In this document: in pieces, positions 13,001-27,149 of the stretch
How positions within the stretch are numbered: position 1 is the first letter of the stretch
Layout: each line of letters opens with the position of its first letter
Origin: Lama glama
Lineage: Eukaryota
NCBI GenBank assembly: GCA_028534125.1
Contig: CM052818.1
Coordinates: 45,696,001-45,760,000 of the forward strand
DNA: 64,000 nucleotides
Direction of reading: 5' to 3'
Program-made: the position numbers and the translations under genes
Notes under the pieces: generated by a model
Databases searched by the model: none
Seen by the model: only the letters and a program-made list of their open reading frames with translations
What the model was told of the DNA's origin: nothing

Positions 13001-14409
13001 GTGGTTCTGTCCTATTTGGGGCCACAGTCCCTTTTGAAAATGCCGCCTGCCCCACCCCACAACCTCTTAGTACCAGATGTGACTAACAAGCAGGGCCAGA
13101 TTTGGTCCCCATTCGAAACTGACATCTCTTGACCCAAGAGTATGATGTAAATGATGAATTAATGGAAGAAGCCAAGAGACTGTCCCATCCGAAGAGCTAA
13201 CGCCCCCACCAGGCCCCCAGGGGCACTGCTCTTTATGGGTCATTGTTCTAATTACTAGCTGGTTCTCCTGAGATGAAGGTGCTGGGGAGAGGCTTGCCTG
13301 GGGTTGAGTCACTGTGGCTTCAACTTGGTCACAGCTGACTGAGCAGCCGACTGACCCCATGCTGGAGGAGGCTGCTCCCAGAAGCACTGCGCCATCCCCT
13401 CTGCTGGGGGCAGCCAGGCCTTGCTCAGAGCAGAGCCTCAGTCCCAGTTCCAAAGTCACATGCTAGGCTGGCTGTTATTTGAATTTAAATTAGTGTGCGA
13501 GTTCTAGAAGCCCTATTACTCCAGACACAGAAAATGAAATTAGTGAGCAGAGACCACAATTGTATGCTAATCTCATCCTCTGGATAAGGGAGTTTGGAGG
13601 AGGGAGGGCACCACATCGAAGTCTAGGGCTGAGTCTTAACTGATCTGCTTAATCACTGCCCAGATTACAGGCAGGGAGGGGACAGAGGTGGCTCATGCAC
13701 AAGCCCCGCCATCACATCCCAAAGCTCAGGAGCAGGAAGGGCCAGGGCTGGAAAGATAAGCCAAGACCTCTTTTTCACACTCCCATATCCCCAGTGGTAG
13801 AAACGATGCAGTGAGATGATGTAAGGTTCATAAGTTCAAACCCTGGGTTGGCCACTTACAAGCTACATGACCTTGAACCATAAAGATGATGGGCAAGAGT
13901 TTATTAAGCCCTTTTCTGTGCCAGGACTATGCTGACTGCTTTATGTATAGCACTCAGTTATTCTCTCAACAACCTGCTGAGATCTATTGTTGCCATTTCG
14001 CAGATGGGGAAACTGAGCCCAGGGAAGTTAAATGACATGGATGCTCTGAGACTTAAACATTTTTTTCAATCTATAAAATCAAGGAAATCACCTCATCACC
14101 AAGGATTAAATATGGTAACGTTTATAAAGACAGCCAGCACAGTATTTGACACAAGGTGACATGCAATAATGTTCTTTTTGGAAATGCATTCATTCATTCA
14201 TTCATTTATTCCTTCATTAATTCACGCATTTTTTATTTAATAAAAAGGCCACCTATGGTGCTGAGATTCCAACAGCAGGCCCTCCATGAGGCCATGGCAT
14301 CGCAGGCCCCATTAACACATGTGTGTGTCACCGTCACCCCACGCTCACCACGTCAAGCTCAGTCCCCGGTGGTTTGCAAAGTAAGGAGTAAAACCGAGCC
14401 GTTAGCCTC

Positions 14410-14850
14410 CTCTACCAGGAATATTCCTAATTCTAAAAATGGAAACAACACAAAGGCCAATCAGGAGCAGAATGAATAAACTGTGGTATATTCATACAAA
14501 GGAATACCCTCTACAGCAACAAAAAGGATGGACTACAGCTACACAGGAACATGGACAAGTCCCACAAACACAACACGGAGCTGAAGAAGCCAGACACCAG
14601 AGCAGGTTTCCTATGATTCCATTCATGTTCAGTCCAAGCCAGGGGAGAATATCTCAGGTGACAGAGTCAGGATATGGCCACACTGGCGTGGTGAGGCCAC
14701 AGGGGCCAGGAGGGGCTCCCTTTAGCTGCAATGTTCTCTTTCTTGATCCGGGAGCTGATGCCCCAGTGTATTCACTTTGTGGAATGGCATCGAGCTAGGC
14801 TCTTAGGAGGTGTGCATTTTTCTGTATTATGAAGTCTGGTTTTAAAAACG
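14410..14850 (+). mobile_element. Old L1 (L1M) 3' fragment
   Basis: aatgaataaactgtggtatattcatac and atgattccattcatg L1 3' motifs. Confidence 0.65.
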
Positions 14851-17800
14851 TGTATTAGACACCGCAGGGAGGCGTTGCACAGACATTGAGATGCCTGAGG
14901 GTGGCGGTCAGAAGGGTCAAGAGTGGACAGTGAGTGTCCAGGATGCGATGGACAGGGAGCTGGGAGACAGGGAGGAGTGAAGGGACGGCTCAGCCTGGAG
15001 CCCGCAGGTGTCCAGAGGTCAGAAGGGAAGCAGAGCCAGCAGAGGAGACAGAAAAAGGGTTCAGTGATGCTGGTGGGAACCCAGAGGCCGTGGAAGCTTG
15101 CTGGGAGTCAGGGAAGATGAGGACCTAGGGCCCGTGTCTGGATCTGCTCACAACGTGAAGGTCACTTGATAAGAGCATTTCGGAGGTGAAGAAGGGACAA
15201 AATCCAGACTGCAGCTGGATGCAGAGGAGAGGGAGGCATGGAGGGGTTGAGACCCAATGGATGCTACTCCTCTTTCCTCTGCTCAATGCTGCTGCCTCCA
15301 GGAAACCTTCCCTATGGCCCTCTTCCTCTCAAGGCCACTTCGCTTTACAGTCATTTAAGGCTGTCCCCCCCACCTGGTGAGCTGGGTGACCCCTAAGCAC
15401 AGGGACTATCTCTTTGTCACAGTAAGTCGGAAAACCTTAGCTTGCCTTTCTCCCTCTTCAGACTGCAGAAGGAAATTCTGAGATTTTCCCAAAACTCTGT
15501 TCTCCCGTGGAATGAATCATTCCTCCCCAAACAATTGTTGTTTTTGTATTGCTGTGTGAAGATTATTAGTATAATGATGAGCCCTAATGTTGCATTAATT
15601 TGGTTCTGAATTATTTTTATTGTCACAGTCATTAACTCAGCGATTGCAACTTTATTTCAATTTTATCTGGCTCCTTGTGCATCCTGTCAAAACCTCCAAA
15701 AACAATGGATCCCAGAATCTCATTTCAGAGCAGACTGAATATCAAATATATGAAGTTTATGGGAATCCAGCCTGCAGTGACCACCCTCCGGAGTAAGGAA
15801 ACCCAAAGACAGCAGGTAGACAGGTGAGCCCAGGGCAGGGCCAACACCTACTGCCTCCCACTCCAGGAAGGAGTGGCCCAGCCCCCAGCCACACTCTTTT
15901 TCAGACCACAGCAGAGATAACGTGGATCTCTTCCCAGCTCACATCATGCATGACCCCAGTCCTGGCTTAGGCTGCCAAAGCTGGGGAAAACCTGGCGGGA
16001 AAAGCCTGGGGTGATAGGAATTCATCTGGCTTCTCACCACTAGGCTTCACGATCTTTGTGCTTCAACTAAACATGACGTCTTGCTTGCTAAGTTTTTGGT
16101 GGCTGAAACCGGCTGGTCGTTCCCCAAGAGCCTCCTGAGGCAGCATTTACCCTCAGCTGACCCAACTCAGAGAGCTCAGTATTGTGCCAGAACCAGAGCA
16201 CAGATTGGCTTCCAGGGAAGACTCACATTAGCCAGGTTTATATGGCTGATGTATAAATCAGAAGCCATGCTTTTAATGACAATGAGTAAATGAGGTGTGA
16301 CAAGGACTGGACTACTTTCTCCCAGAGATGGAGTCTTCCCAGTCCTCTCTCTGGAGAGGGTCACAGGGCCTGGGGGTCCTGGGGCACAGGCACAGCACCC
16401 TGAGCCGGCCCCTGCATGGCTCCCCTCTCCTGCTGCCTGCAATGGTGTGGGCTTCCCTGGCCCTTCAAGCTGCTGAAGCTCAGGCTCCGCCTCCTGCCAA
16501 GACCACTGCCTGTTCCCTTTTGATGTCTCTTCTATTGCAGCCCCTCCCTCCAACATTCTATCAGTGCACTCCAGACTCCAGAACAGTCCCTCACACATAG
16601 TCAAGGCTCAGTAGTCACTGAATGGATGGATGGATGAACTGGTGGGCTGTTGTACCTCTGTTCTCTCTTTCTGTAGGAGAGCACTTCCCAGGAGGCAAAA
16701 AGACTTAGGGGGGTGTCCCCCAGCCCTCCAGACGACTCAGATGTGCCTGATCCCAGACAAAACACGGCTGGACCCCCTACCACCAAGGGCCACACCGCTG
16801 AGCATGCCCATCTCTCTACTCGCAGCCTTCACTCAGCTTCCTTTGTATCCCTGGGGGCTGTTCACCCTCTAAGAAGACTGTGCACGTCTCTGTTACATAA
16901 TAGACTGATTTGAAATTTAGTTTTAAGAGCAGCTCTATTTCTAAGGTCTAGATGGGCTCCTCGGGGTGCCTTCAGGGCTCTGCCCACAGGCCCAGGCAGA
17001 CCCTGGCCAGAGGAGCCAAGTCCTTGGAGAGCAGTGTGGGGTGGGGACTTTGGAGTCAGACGATCTGGTTTGGAAGATGACCTGTGTGACTTTGTACAAG
17101 TTGAACAACCTCTCTGGGCAACAGCCTCCTTATCCTTGAAGCAGAGCCAATGAGAATTTGATGGCATAATTACACCTCTCTGGGGACACAGTGGGGGTCA
17201 GGTAACTCTGGCTCAGCAACTGGGGAACTCCAGCTCCGGAAAAAACCTTTGCAGTGCCCTAGAGGAAATCTCATGTGCTGGAGGGACTGGGAAAAAGAGG
17301 ACAGGCGTCACTCAAGGCAGGCCCGATGGCTCGTGGCCCATGGCTCTGGGGTGGCTGCCTGTCAAATGAAAATCAGAGCTTTCAAGGCAAAAACACTTTG
17401 GCCTGAAATAGAAGACAGGAGGGAAAAAAAAAAAAAAAACAGAAGAGGGGAGAGGATCAGAAAAAGTGGAGGAAAACTCTAGAACCCGACAGCAGTGTTG
17501 GGTGGGAAACCAGGTATTTTGCTCCACCCTCGCTTTACGGAGGAAAGCAAGGCCGGACAGGAAGGGTCTGGGCTGGGGACACATCCAGTCCATCTGATTC
17601 CAGCCCGCGTCCGCTCCACTCCTCCGGGCTGACTCGTAGCTGACCGGATGGCTGGACGGAGGGACTGAGTTCCTTCCATCTGCAGAACAAAGTCACAGAG
17701 AGAAGAAAACCCAGCCCAGGAAGTCTCACGTGGCCAGGCTGCAACTTAACACACGACACTCAGATAAGCCAGATATTTAGCTTATTTCTTTCTCTGTAAT

Positions 17801-17974
17801 TTAACTTCCCATTTTCACAAGACTCCACCCCGTTGGAGAATGTAAGCTTGCCCATTAAAGAAACCCCAGTGCAAAGGGCCTGGCGGCTTGGACACAGCAA
17901 AAGAGCCAGTGTATCCCATCTCTCCCTTTAGAAACCACCTCAAAGACGACCATTTGCACACACACACACACACA

Positions 17975-19620
17975 AAACCCAAAAACCCAAGCCCCTTGCC
18001 TTACATCACAAACAAAAATTAACTAAAAAATAGATCATGGGCCCAAAGATAAGAGCTAAAACCACCAAGCTTCTAGAAGAAAACACGAGAAAATCCTTGT
18101 ATCTTAGAGTTGGAGAGAATTTCTTATACAAGATACAAAAACACAAACTATAAAAAAAAAAAGTTCAACTTCACCAAAATTAAAAAACCTTTGATTTTTC
18201 AAGACACTGTGAAGAAAATGGAAAGGGAAGGCACAGACTGGAGAAAATATTCACAAATCATACATCTAACAAAGGACTTGTATCTAGAACATAGAAAGAA
18301 CCCTTACAACTTAATACGACAAGTGATTTGAATAGACAATTAGCAAAGATGCGCAATGTCATCAGCCATTAGGGAAATGTAGGGGGATACACCTGACCCC
18401 CACTTTGGATGGATCAAATTAAAAAGACCGGCCACTACAGAAGCAACTAGCACTCTCACGTTGCTCTCATGGGCTCATGGGCATGGAAAAGGGACAGTTA
18501 CTTTGGAAAACAGTTTTGCAGTTTCTTAAAAGTGAAACACACACACTTACTGCATCACCAGCCATCATCCTGCATCTGGGTTATTTGCCCAGGAGGAATG
18601 AAAACATATGTCCATTCAAACTTCAACATGGTAGAAAGCTATAATGAAAAAGAGCATGAAAACAAATACATGTATGTACATGTATGACTGAAACATGATA
18701 CTGTACACCAGAAATGGATACAACATTGTAAACTGACTATACGTCAGTAAAAATTACTAATTAACTAATTAATTAATTTTTAAAAACTTCTACATGAATG
18801 TTCACAGCAGCTTTAGTCATAATAGCCCCAAAATGGAAAACCCTAAATGTCCATTGACAGGTAAATGGACAAACACCAGTGGTATGTCCACACAATGGAA
18901 TACTACACAGCTCTAAAAAGGCATGAACCCTGGTGAAACACCACTGTGTGAATTTCAAAATAATTATGGCAAGTGAAAGAAGCCAGACAAAAAAGAAATC
19001 ATACTATCAGGTTTTATTTATATAAATTTCTAGAAAATGCAAACTAACCTACAGTGGCAGGAGGCAGGTCAGTGGCTGCCTGGGGGCAGGTCAGTGGCTG
19101 CATGGGGACAGGGTGTGGGTAAGGAAGAGCCAAGGGAGAAATTAAAAAAGGATGTGAGGAAACTGGGGGTGATGGAGACAGTAGCTGGATTGGGGTGTAT
19201 GCAAATGTCCAAACTTATTAAACAGTACACATTAAATATGCACAGATTATATGTCAATAGTACCTCAATAAAGCTAAGGAAAAATAGAAAAAGAAAATCA
19301 CTCCAAAGTAAAAAGGAGAAAATCTCAAATTCCAAAAAGCAGAAATAATGTAAACCATTTTCTAATCACAGTGCAATAAAACGAAAACTTTATGACAAAA
19401 CCTGGTGGGGAAGGCTACCACCTTGAGGGAAGAAAATCCTGCCAACTCATGAGTCAAAGACGCCCAAACCCCAAGTGCAGAATATGTAGAAGAAGAAGAA
19501 TGAAAACACCGCATACCAGATCCTAGGGGATTCAGTTAAAATGGTCCTCAAAGGAAAATTGATGACCTTAAAACATATTTAAATAAGCAGAGAAAAAAAG
19601 TGAAAAGTAACGGATTAGAA
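17975..19620 (+). mobile_element. Old L1M fragments (ORF2 end and 3' UTR)
   Basis: Degenerate L1 motifs (gactggagaaaatatt, aatagccccaaaatggaaa, aataaagct). Confidence 0.75.
18631..18783 (+). mobile_element. Short artiodactyl L1 3' end nested in older L1
   Basis: caacattgtaaactgactat 3' motif; TSD aaacttcwacatg (18618-18630 and 18784-18796). Confidence 0.7.
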
Positions 19621-22119
19621 AAGCAATGCCCAGGGATGTCCCCCCTCCACTGGAGCAACGCCCTGGCGCTGCCCTCCCCTCCTCCTCCCCGCCTTCCCCT
19701 CTGGGCTTCCCAGGCACCTCGGGGGTCTGCTCCACCCCTACCCCCCCCCCAGCTCTCCTGCCCGCCAAACCTGGCCCACCTGGGGCAGGGGCGGGGAGGG
19801 GGGAATGAGCACAAACCTGGGGCAGGGGAGGGGCTCCAGGACCCCAGAAAAGGGTCCTTCTCACGCACCTGCTGAATGGACAACCCGGCTGCGACCCAGG
19901 GCGGACACAAAGTCCACTCACACCTCTTTCCCGCCTTCCAGAGCCGTGGTCCCCAGCCCTCACTGCACATTAGGGTTGCCAGGGAGATTTAAACATGCCC
20001 AAGTCCCTCCCCTAGACACTCAGATTTAATCGATTTTGGCCATCTAGTTGCAAAAACCAAGAGCAAGCCGGGAGAGGCAACTAAGGACCCAGAAAAGAAG
20101 GTGGGCCTGGGAGTTGAAACCCCAGCTGCCTCTACCAGCTGTGTGACCTCAGGCCAATACCTTGCCCTCCCTGAGCCTCAGTGCTGTCAAACACAAGAAG
20201 CGTCCCTCCCAGATGATGCGTGGGGATCAGAGATAATACACGTGACAATTTAGCACAGCGCAGGTACCTAGGAGTGTGAGCCGCGGTGAGCTGTTGTCAC
20301 CATTTTCCCCTCCGCTGTCTCTGACTCCTGCAAGCAGACTGGGCTCCAGGACCACCTGCCAAGTCTGGGGATTAGATGCGAGCCAGAGGAGAGAAGCTGG
20401 CCGTGTAGACAGGGCTGCCTTGGATCCACAGTTTCAGCTTCCAGAAGACTATTCTGGTTCCAATTCAGAATGCCTGGCTCCTGGCTCAACGGGCTTTGTC
20501 CCAAAGATGTAATTTCTATTTTGATTCCACTCGACATTTAATGAAATGACTTTCAGACACCACGCAGTGTGTCTGAGTTATGAAACCACATCTTCTGGAT
20601 CCCCAACGAGGCACAATAACCAGCCCCATCTGGTTGTTTTGGGAGCTGCCCCTCATCTCCCGAGGAGGATGGATGTGCTCAGCCTGGGGATTCAAGGTGC
20701 TGCGCACGCCCTGGGAGCCAAAGCCTGTGGTGTGGACCCTTCACCCTGTCTGCCCTGAGCCGGCCGCCCCGCGCCCCCGCTGGACTGTGACAGTAGTCTC
20801 CACCCAGCCTCCTGCCCCCGCCTCCCCCTCTCCAATCCAGCGCTGTTCAAACTGCAGATCAAAAACATTCAGGGAGACAGGAAATCAATGTGGATGGTTG
20901 CAAACAGCACTTTCAGAAAAACAAAAGAAAGAGAATAGAGTAGAAAACACTGGCATGTATCGGGCACAGTAAGAGCGACCACTGCGTTGTGATGTGCTGG
21001 CTCTGAGGTGGACACCAGGCCTCGGTGAGACGAACAAAAGACTGAAAGGACGCAGCTTTCATCCATGACCCCTGACCTTCCTGAAATGCACATCTGATCG
21101 TGTCACTCCCCAGCTAGTACTCAGTGGGTTTAGGGACAGAGTTCAGATCCCGCAGCGTGGCATCAAAAGCTCCTCAAGACCTGGCCCCTGTTTTCCCACC
21201 CGTACCCCCACCCCCACTAGACCAGGAATGTCCCCGCCGGACCAGCCCTCTGGGCATTCAGTCTGAGGGTGGGACTGAGTGACACATGACGTCACAGCAC
21301 CATCTCCTAGGTGACCGCACTCCACCTGCTGACCTCCTCTGGTCTAAGACGACTTCCTGGATTCTACAGGAGCAAAGATACAAATATTGCTGGAAGTCTT
21401 CCTTTCAGAAGGAAGTGGAAGCTCTACAATTTCTCCACAACCTGGCTATTGAAAATAGGAATTCCGCCTACACACCGGAGAAGCTTGTTAGGGGTCACTG
21501 AAGGGCCAGGATCATAAGGTCACTCACATGTTTGGGGCGAGGAAGTGGCCAGGCTCACAAGCTGACCGCCGTGAGGAGGCAGGCAGCTGTCCGCAGCAGG
21601 AGCCCCAGCCCAAGGCCCCAGAAATCTCTAGAAGCACAGGGATGCCAAACGGTACTGTCAACAGCTTCCTAAAACTCATTTCCCACCACATCAGGTGAAC
21701 AACTGGACAAGGGCAGGTTCCAAAGAAAACTGAAAAAGAAAGAAATGGCGCATTAACAGGTAGGTGTGAGACCTCATTACCGACCTTTAAAGAACCCAGG
21801 GAGCAAGCCCAGCCCAGAGCTTGGGGACACATGGGGAAGGAAGAGCCGCGTGTCCTGAGGATTCTGCCTCAGTGCAGGTTCTCGGCTCTAGAAGCCCAAA
21901 GCTCCGGTCATAGGACAGTCTCCAGGAAGCTCTGGGAAGGAGCAGGAGGGGCGGCCATGACATTCAGGCGGCACCAGGTTAGGGGAGATGGGGGAGGGAG
22001 GAGAGGGAAGAAAGGGTCCAGCCCCTCAGGGGCGGGCGCCTCCGCGACCATTACCTCCCGTAATCCCCACTAGGGTGGTCCCCCTGCTACTGTGTCTGAG
22101 GCACTGGTCAGTCCCTCAC

Positions 22120-25100
22120 TCCCTCATTCATTCATTCATTCACTCACTCATGCATTCGTTCAATAAGTGTTTGAGAGAATCCAGAGTACCAGGTCAGTGC
22201 CACATGCCAGCTGAAGATACCATGGGGACAGTAGGCCCCATCCCTGCCCTCAGGGGCTCACTACCTAGGGCGATGGGGAGGTCAGACAAGTGACAGACAG
22301 GTACAATCCTGTATTATAAACACTCAGAACAGGGAAGCCACAGACTCCTAATTCAGCACCAATGTGTCTGGGTAGCGCCATGGCAAAGCGACCTCCAGGC
22401 TGAGCCCTGAAAAAGCAGAAGCTGGTGAGATCCAGGCACAGCTGGCGAAGCCCTAAGGCTCAGTGAGGGTCAGGCAGGGCGGCTTGGTGAAGCCAGCAGG
22501 TGCCTGGGCTCCTGCAGGGTGAGGGCAAGGGGGACCCTGAGGGCTGTAGCGACAGTGACATCAACTGATGTGCTTCCTAAAAGATCATCTGGATGCTGTG
22601 CAGAGAACAGACAGGAGGAGGGCAACGGGGAAAAGGGCAGCCTGACCATGAGTGAGGCCATAATCCAGGTGAGACGGCCGTGATCTGCACTGGGATGTTG
22701 CTGCCTGGGAGCCCCTTGGAGTGGATCTGCCCGACGGTGCTGACTAGGTGGGGGTGAGGGAGAAGGGAGGGTGGGCAGCTCCCCCTCCTGGCCACACCAG
22801 GAACAACAGGTCCTCTGGCTTAGTTGGGCCAGCCGTTCATGGAGCAAGGAACTGGCAGATGGCGAGCATCTTGGGAGTGTAGTTTGGGAAGTGTCGGTGG
22901 GACACCCAAGGGGAGATGTCTAGTTGAATGTTGGGTCTGGAACTTAAAACCTGTATTAAGGAGAGAGTTTCGATTCCACAGATAGGTGTGCAGAGGCCCT
23001 AGGGAAAAAACTGCAGAAGCAGAGGGCAGAGGAGGGGGCTGGGGGTGGTGGGGGTGGAGAAGGCAAAGGGGACCGAGAAGGAGCCCCCAGAGGGGTGGGT
23101 GTGGGATCACAGAGGCAAGAGGACACAGGTGAGAACCAAAGGGGACATAAAGGGGCAGCATGACAGCAGTGAAAGCTCAGAGCGACTCTGGAACCAGGCT
23201 GCCCCAGGCTCAAATACTGGCTCCTCCCCTTACTGGCAGTGTGACCTTGGGCGAGTCACTTAACCTCTCTGTGCCTCCAGTCCCTTGCCTGTAAAGGGAT
23301 ATTGTGAGGAGTGAATGAGTCTGTACAATGCTTAGAATAGTGCATGGTGAGCAACATATAAATGTTAAGGAAGAGAAAGCAAAGGTCCTGGTGTCTTGGA
23401 GACACAGTGTCAGGGGTGAGGTGGGAAGCAAGCCAGACAGCAGGGAACTGAGGCCAGACGGGACAAGAGAAGGTGGCAGTAACTGCAGCGGGCTGGGTGG
23501 GCGGGGCAGGGGAGAGGTGGGCTGACTCACTGGCATGGATGTCACCTCCCAAGGACACGACCCAAGAAAGATAAAGGAACCTAGACTAGGGTCGGGGAAA
23601 CCTCCAGGGGGCCCAACTCCCGCACCCCCACTCCTGCCTGGTGTTCTGGCAGTGCCAGCTTGACAGGTCAGGAATGCTGCCCTGCGCACCCTCCCTCTGT
23701 CCTCTCCCCAAATAAAAGCACTCAGGCCCCAACTGAGCTGCTTCCCAGGAACATGGACTCTCAGACCCAGAACAAACCAGCGGCCGAGGGTCTGGGGCAG
23801 TGCGTGGCTGTCCCCAGGTTCCCACATGTTCACTCCGCTGCAGGCAGGCCTGATGGGCCATGGGGCCAATTCTGACCACACACCAAACAGCAGAGGCTGG
23901 TGGGACCTGCAGGGGCTGGGTCTAGGACCAGGTCGGGGAAGGGGTGCCCCTGGTGGGGGGACAGACTTTCGACTGCCCCCCAGGAATAGTCGGGGGCACC
24001 CACAAATAGCCCAGGGAGCAGGTGCAGGCCTTCAGCTGTTCACAGCCTCCCCATCCTTCTGCCCTCGGGACCGGATCCATCCTTCCACCCTCTCACCTTC
24101 ACCCATGGCCACCCTCCTGCCCCCAACATACCTCCTCCTAGACCCTCCTACCTCCTGCATCACCTCCCCTGGCCACCTGGCCCTCCTCCTCCTTTGTTGG
24201 AAGCGCCTCTTTTTCCCATCTCATGGGCAGTCCTCTACCCTCTCCTTGTCTACACCCACTTCCTGGGTTCACTTGCCCCATGACTTCAAATCTCATCTAC
24301 TTATCAAAGGCTTCCACGTTGCTATCTCTAGTTTAGGCCTCTTCCCTGAACTCTAGTGCCACATTCCCACCTGCTGGTCTGGCACATGCTTGCGCACCCT
24401 CCACAGGCATCTCAAGGGTGATGTACCCAGGACAGGGCTCTTATGTGTCCCTCCCGGGTGGCCTGCTCTGGTAGCTTCCTCTGACTCCCTTCTCACACCC
24501 ACATGCAACCCCTGAGCCAATCTCACCTGCTCTGTCTTCAAAATCCAGGCAGAACTTGGCCGTGCCTGTCACTCCACTACTGCCCTTCCCCCCTTCCCCC
24601 CACCTCGTGCAAGTCACCATCACCTCACCTGGACAGCTGCAACAGCCTCTGAGTGAGTCTCTTGCTTCCATGGATACATTCTAACAGATGCCTGACACAC
24701 AGAAACAGGAGTGCTCCTTTTAAATGGGAAGGCTGATCCCATACTTCCCATGCTCACATCCCACTGTAACAAAGCCCAAACTCTTTACCTGGGCCTACAA
24801 GGCCCCACCAGACCCTCCATGCACACACACAGACCCCGCCGATCTGACCCTGACTCCTACCCCTCATGCTGCGCTGACCACAGAGGTTCCTGCCGCAGGG
24901 CATTTGCACGTGCACTGTCACTGCCAGAAACATGCTTTCCTCTATCAACCACGTGGTCTGTCTCCCACTTCCTCCCCCAGTTCTTCACAGAGCCTTCCCT
25001 GTCCACATTGGGGAAAGAGCACCTGCCCTTCCCCGCCCCCTCCTCCTGCTTTTGTTTCCTTCCGAGCACCTGACTTACTGCACAACGGTGAGTTGGTTGG

Positions 25101-25220
25101 TTTTCTGTCTCCCCGCCAGTACACAATCTCCATAAGGGCCTGGGCTTCATCTGCTTTTGCTTCCTTGTCACCCCAGCACCTGGAGCAGAGAGGATACATA
25201 GTAGGGCTTGAATTAATGGC
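22120..25220. mobile_element. Cluster of ancient L2 fragments with a MIR (23180-23380)
   Basis: cattcattca L2 tail, ggagatgtctagt and caagtcaccatcacctc L2 motifs in both orientations. Confidence 0.6.
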
Positions 25221-26441
25221 CTCCCAGCCTCACACCTCACCCTTCCTCCCAACAGTTATGTCTGCCTCGCCTGTGCTGAGCTTCCGGTCCTGGAATGGCA
25301 TCCCAAACTTCCCCTCCTTCACACTCGGTCCTTGCCAAGAACATGTAGCGGGTTCTTCCACTGCTCCCTCCCTCTACCCCTCCCTCCCTGGAGCCAATCA
25401 CACCTCCTTCATGTGACCTGGGAACACAGGACCCTTAACTCCCTTGACTCCAAGACCAGACAGCAGACACCTGCTTCCTCCATTCAATAACATCACAAGT
25501 ATTTACCCTCCATTTGCTGGGCGCAGAGGCCTCTGCTGGCAGCAACCAGGGATGGGAGGGAGATGGGTCCTGCACAGGAGGGGTTGACAGTCTCCCTGGG
25601 GAGGCCACATGAACAAAGGGATATCATCCTAGCCCAGTCCATGACATGTGTCCCTGAGCATGGCTGAGTGGCACTAGCTCTCTGAAGCTCCAAGGGGGAC
25701 ACAGTGGGGGTGGGGGGATGGAAGGCCCAACACCCCACCGGAAGTCCGGTTCTGCCGTCTGCGGACTTCACCCCTCTGAGCCCCAGAGCACGGCCTGTAC
25801 ACAGCTGAGTAAGACTTGGCTGGGCTCAGTTCTCCGAACTGAAAAGGGCTTCAGAATTGCCTCCCACCAACACTTTAGACAGAACCAACAGGCTCCCGGT
25901 TCCCAGCTAGATCCCAAGCCACTGCCGAGGAGCGGGTGCACACGTGGGCCACCAACACAGCCCGGAGAGTGGCATGACGTCCGCATGACACAGCCCCAGC
26001 TCATCAGCCTCCACGCGCCCGGCATTCCCGTCTCGGCCCAGCCCTCCAGGCACCAGGGCTGTTCCCTCTGCCTTGAGCTCCTCCCAGGACCAGAACTGCC
26101 ATCTGCCTGGAGGCACTGCCCTTAGCTGCTGCAAGGGCTCTTCGATATTTAGGACAAGAAAATTAAAACAGAAAAACAGAACAGAAAGAAAAACTTCTCT
26201 CACTACCACCACTGAGACAACTGATTTCATTTCTCCATCTGTGATCCTGCCCATCTTTATCCAGATGTACACGCACTTCTGTATCATCTATATCACTGTG
26301 ACCACAGTATACGTAGCATTTTATGTTCTGCTATTTCGTTTCCCATTACTCTCCAAGCAGCTTTCCAAATTGCTACAGAGCTTTCATACTTACCATTTAT
26401 AATGACCAGTTAGTATTCCACTGTATGGATATCCCATAATT

Positions 26442-26608
26442 TTTTTAAAGTATAGCCTAACTTTTGTTTTGGTTTTGGGGGGTTTTGGGGGGCAGGGGAG
26501 GTAATTAGGTTTATTTATTTGGTTTTTTTTAATGGAGGCACTGGGTATTGAATGCAGGACCATAGGCATGCTAAGCACGTGCTCTACCACTGAGCTACAC
26601 CCTCCCTC
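26442..26608 (-). mobile_element. Camelid tRNA-derived SINE (Vic-1-like)
   Basis: Reverse tRNA-like head; TSD atggatayccc ataattt on both sides. Confidence 0.85.
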
Positions 26609-26649
26609 ATGGATACCCCATAATTTATTTTAACTATTCCCCTTCTGCT

Positions 26650-27149
26650 NNNNNNNNNNNNNNNNNNNNNNNNNNNNNNNNNNNNNNNNNNNNNNNNNNN
26701 NNNNNNNNNNNNNNNNNNNNNNNNNNNNNNNNNNNNNNNNNNNNNNNNNNNNNNNNNNNNNNNNNNNNNNNNNNNNNNNNNNNNNNNNNNNNNNNNNNNN
26801 NNNNNNNNNNNNNNNNNNNNNNNNNNNNNNNNNNNNNNNNNNNNNNNNNNNNNNNNNNNNNNNNNNNNNNNNNNNNNNNNNNNNNNNNNNNNNNNNNNNN
26901 NNNNNNNNNNNNNNNNNNNNNNNNNNNNNNNNNNNNNNNNNNNNNNNNNNNNNNNNNNNNNNNNNNNNNNNNNNNNNNNNNNNNNNNNNNNNNNNNNNNN
27001 NNNNNNNNNNNNNNNNNNNNNNNNNNNNNNNNNNNNNNNNNNNNNNNNNNNNNNNNNNNNNNNNNNNNNNNNNNNNNNNNNNNNNNNNNNNNNNNNNNNN
27101 NNNNNNNNNNNNNNNNNNNNNNNNNNNNNNNNNNNNNNNNNNNNNNNNN
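26650..27149. other. Assembly gap (500 N)
   Basis: Run of N. Confidence 1.

Noticed and set aside
23210..25416. 223-, 176- and 230-aa ORFs
   Set aside because: Overlap degenerate L2 and MIR sequence; no recognisable protein or splice structure
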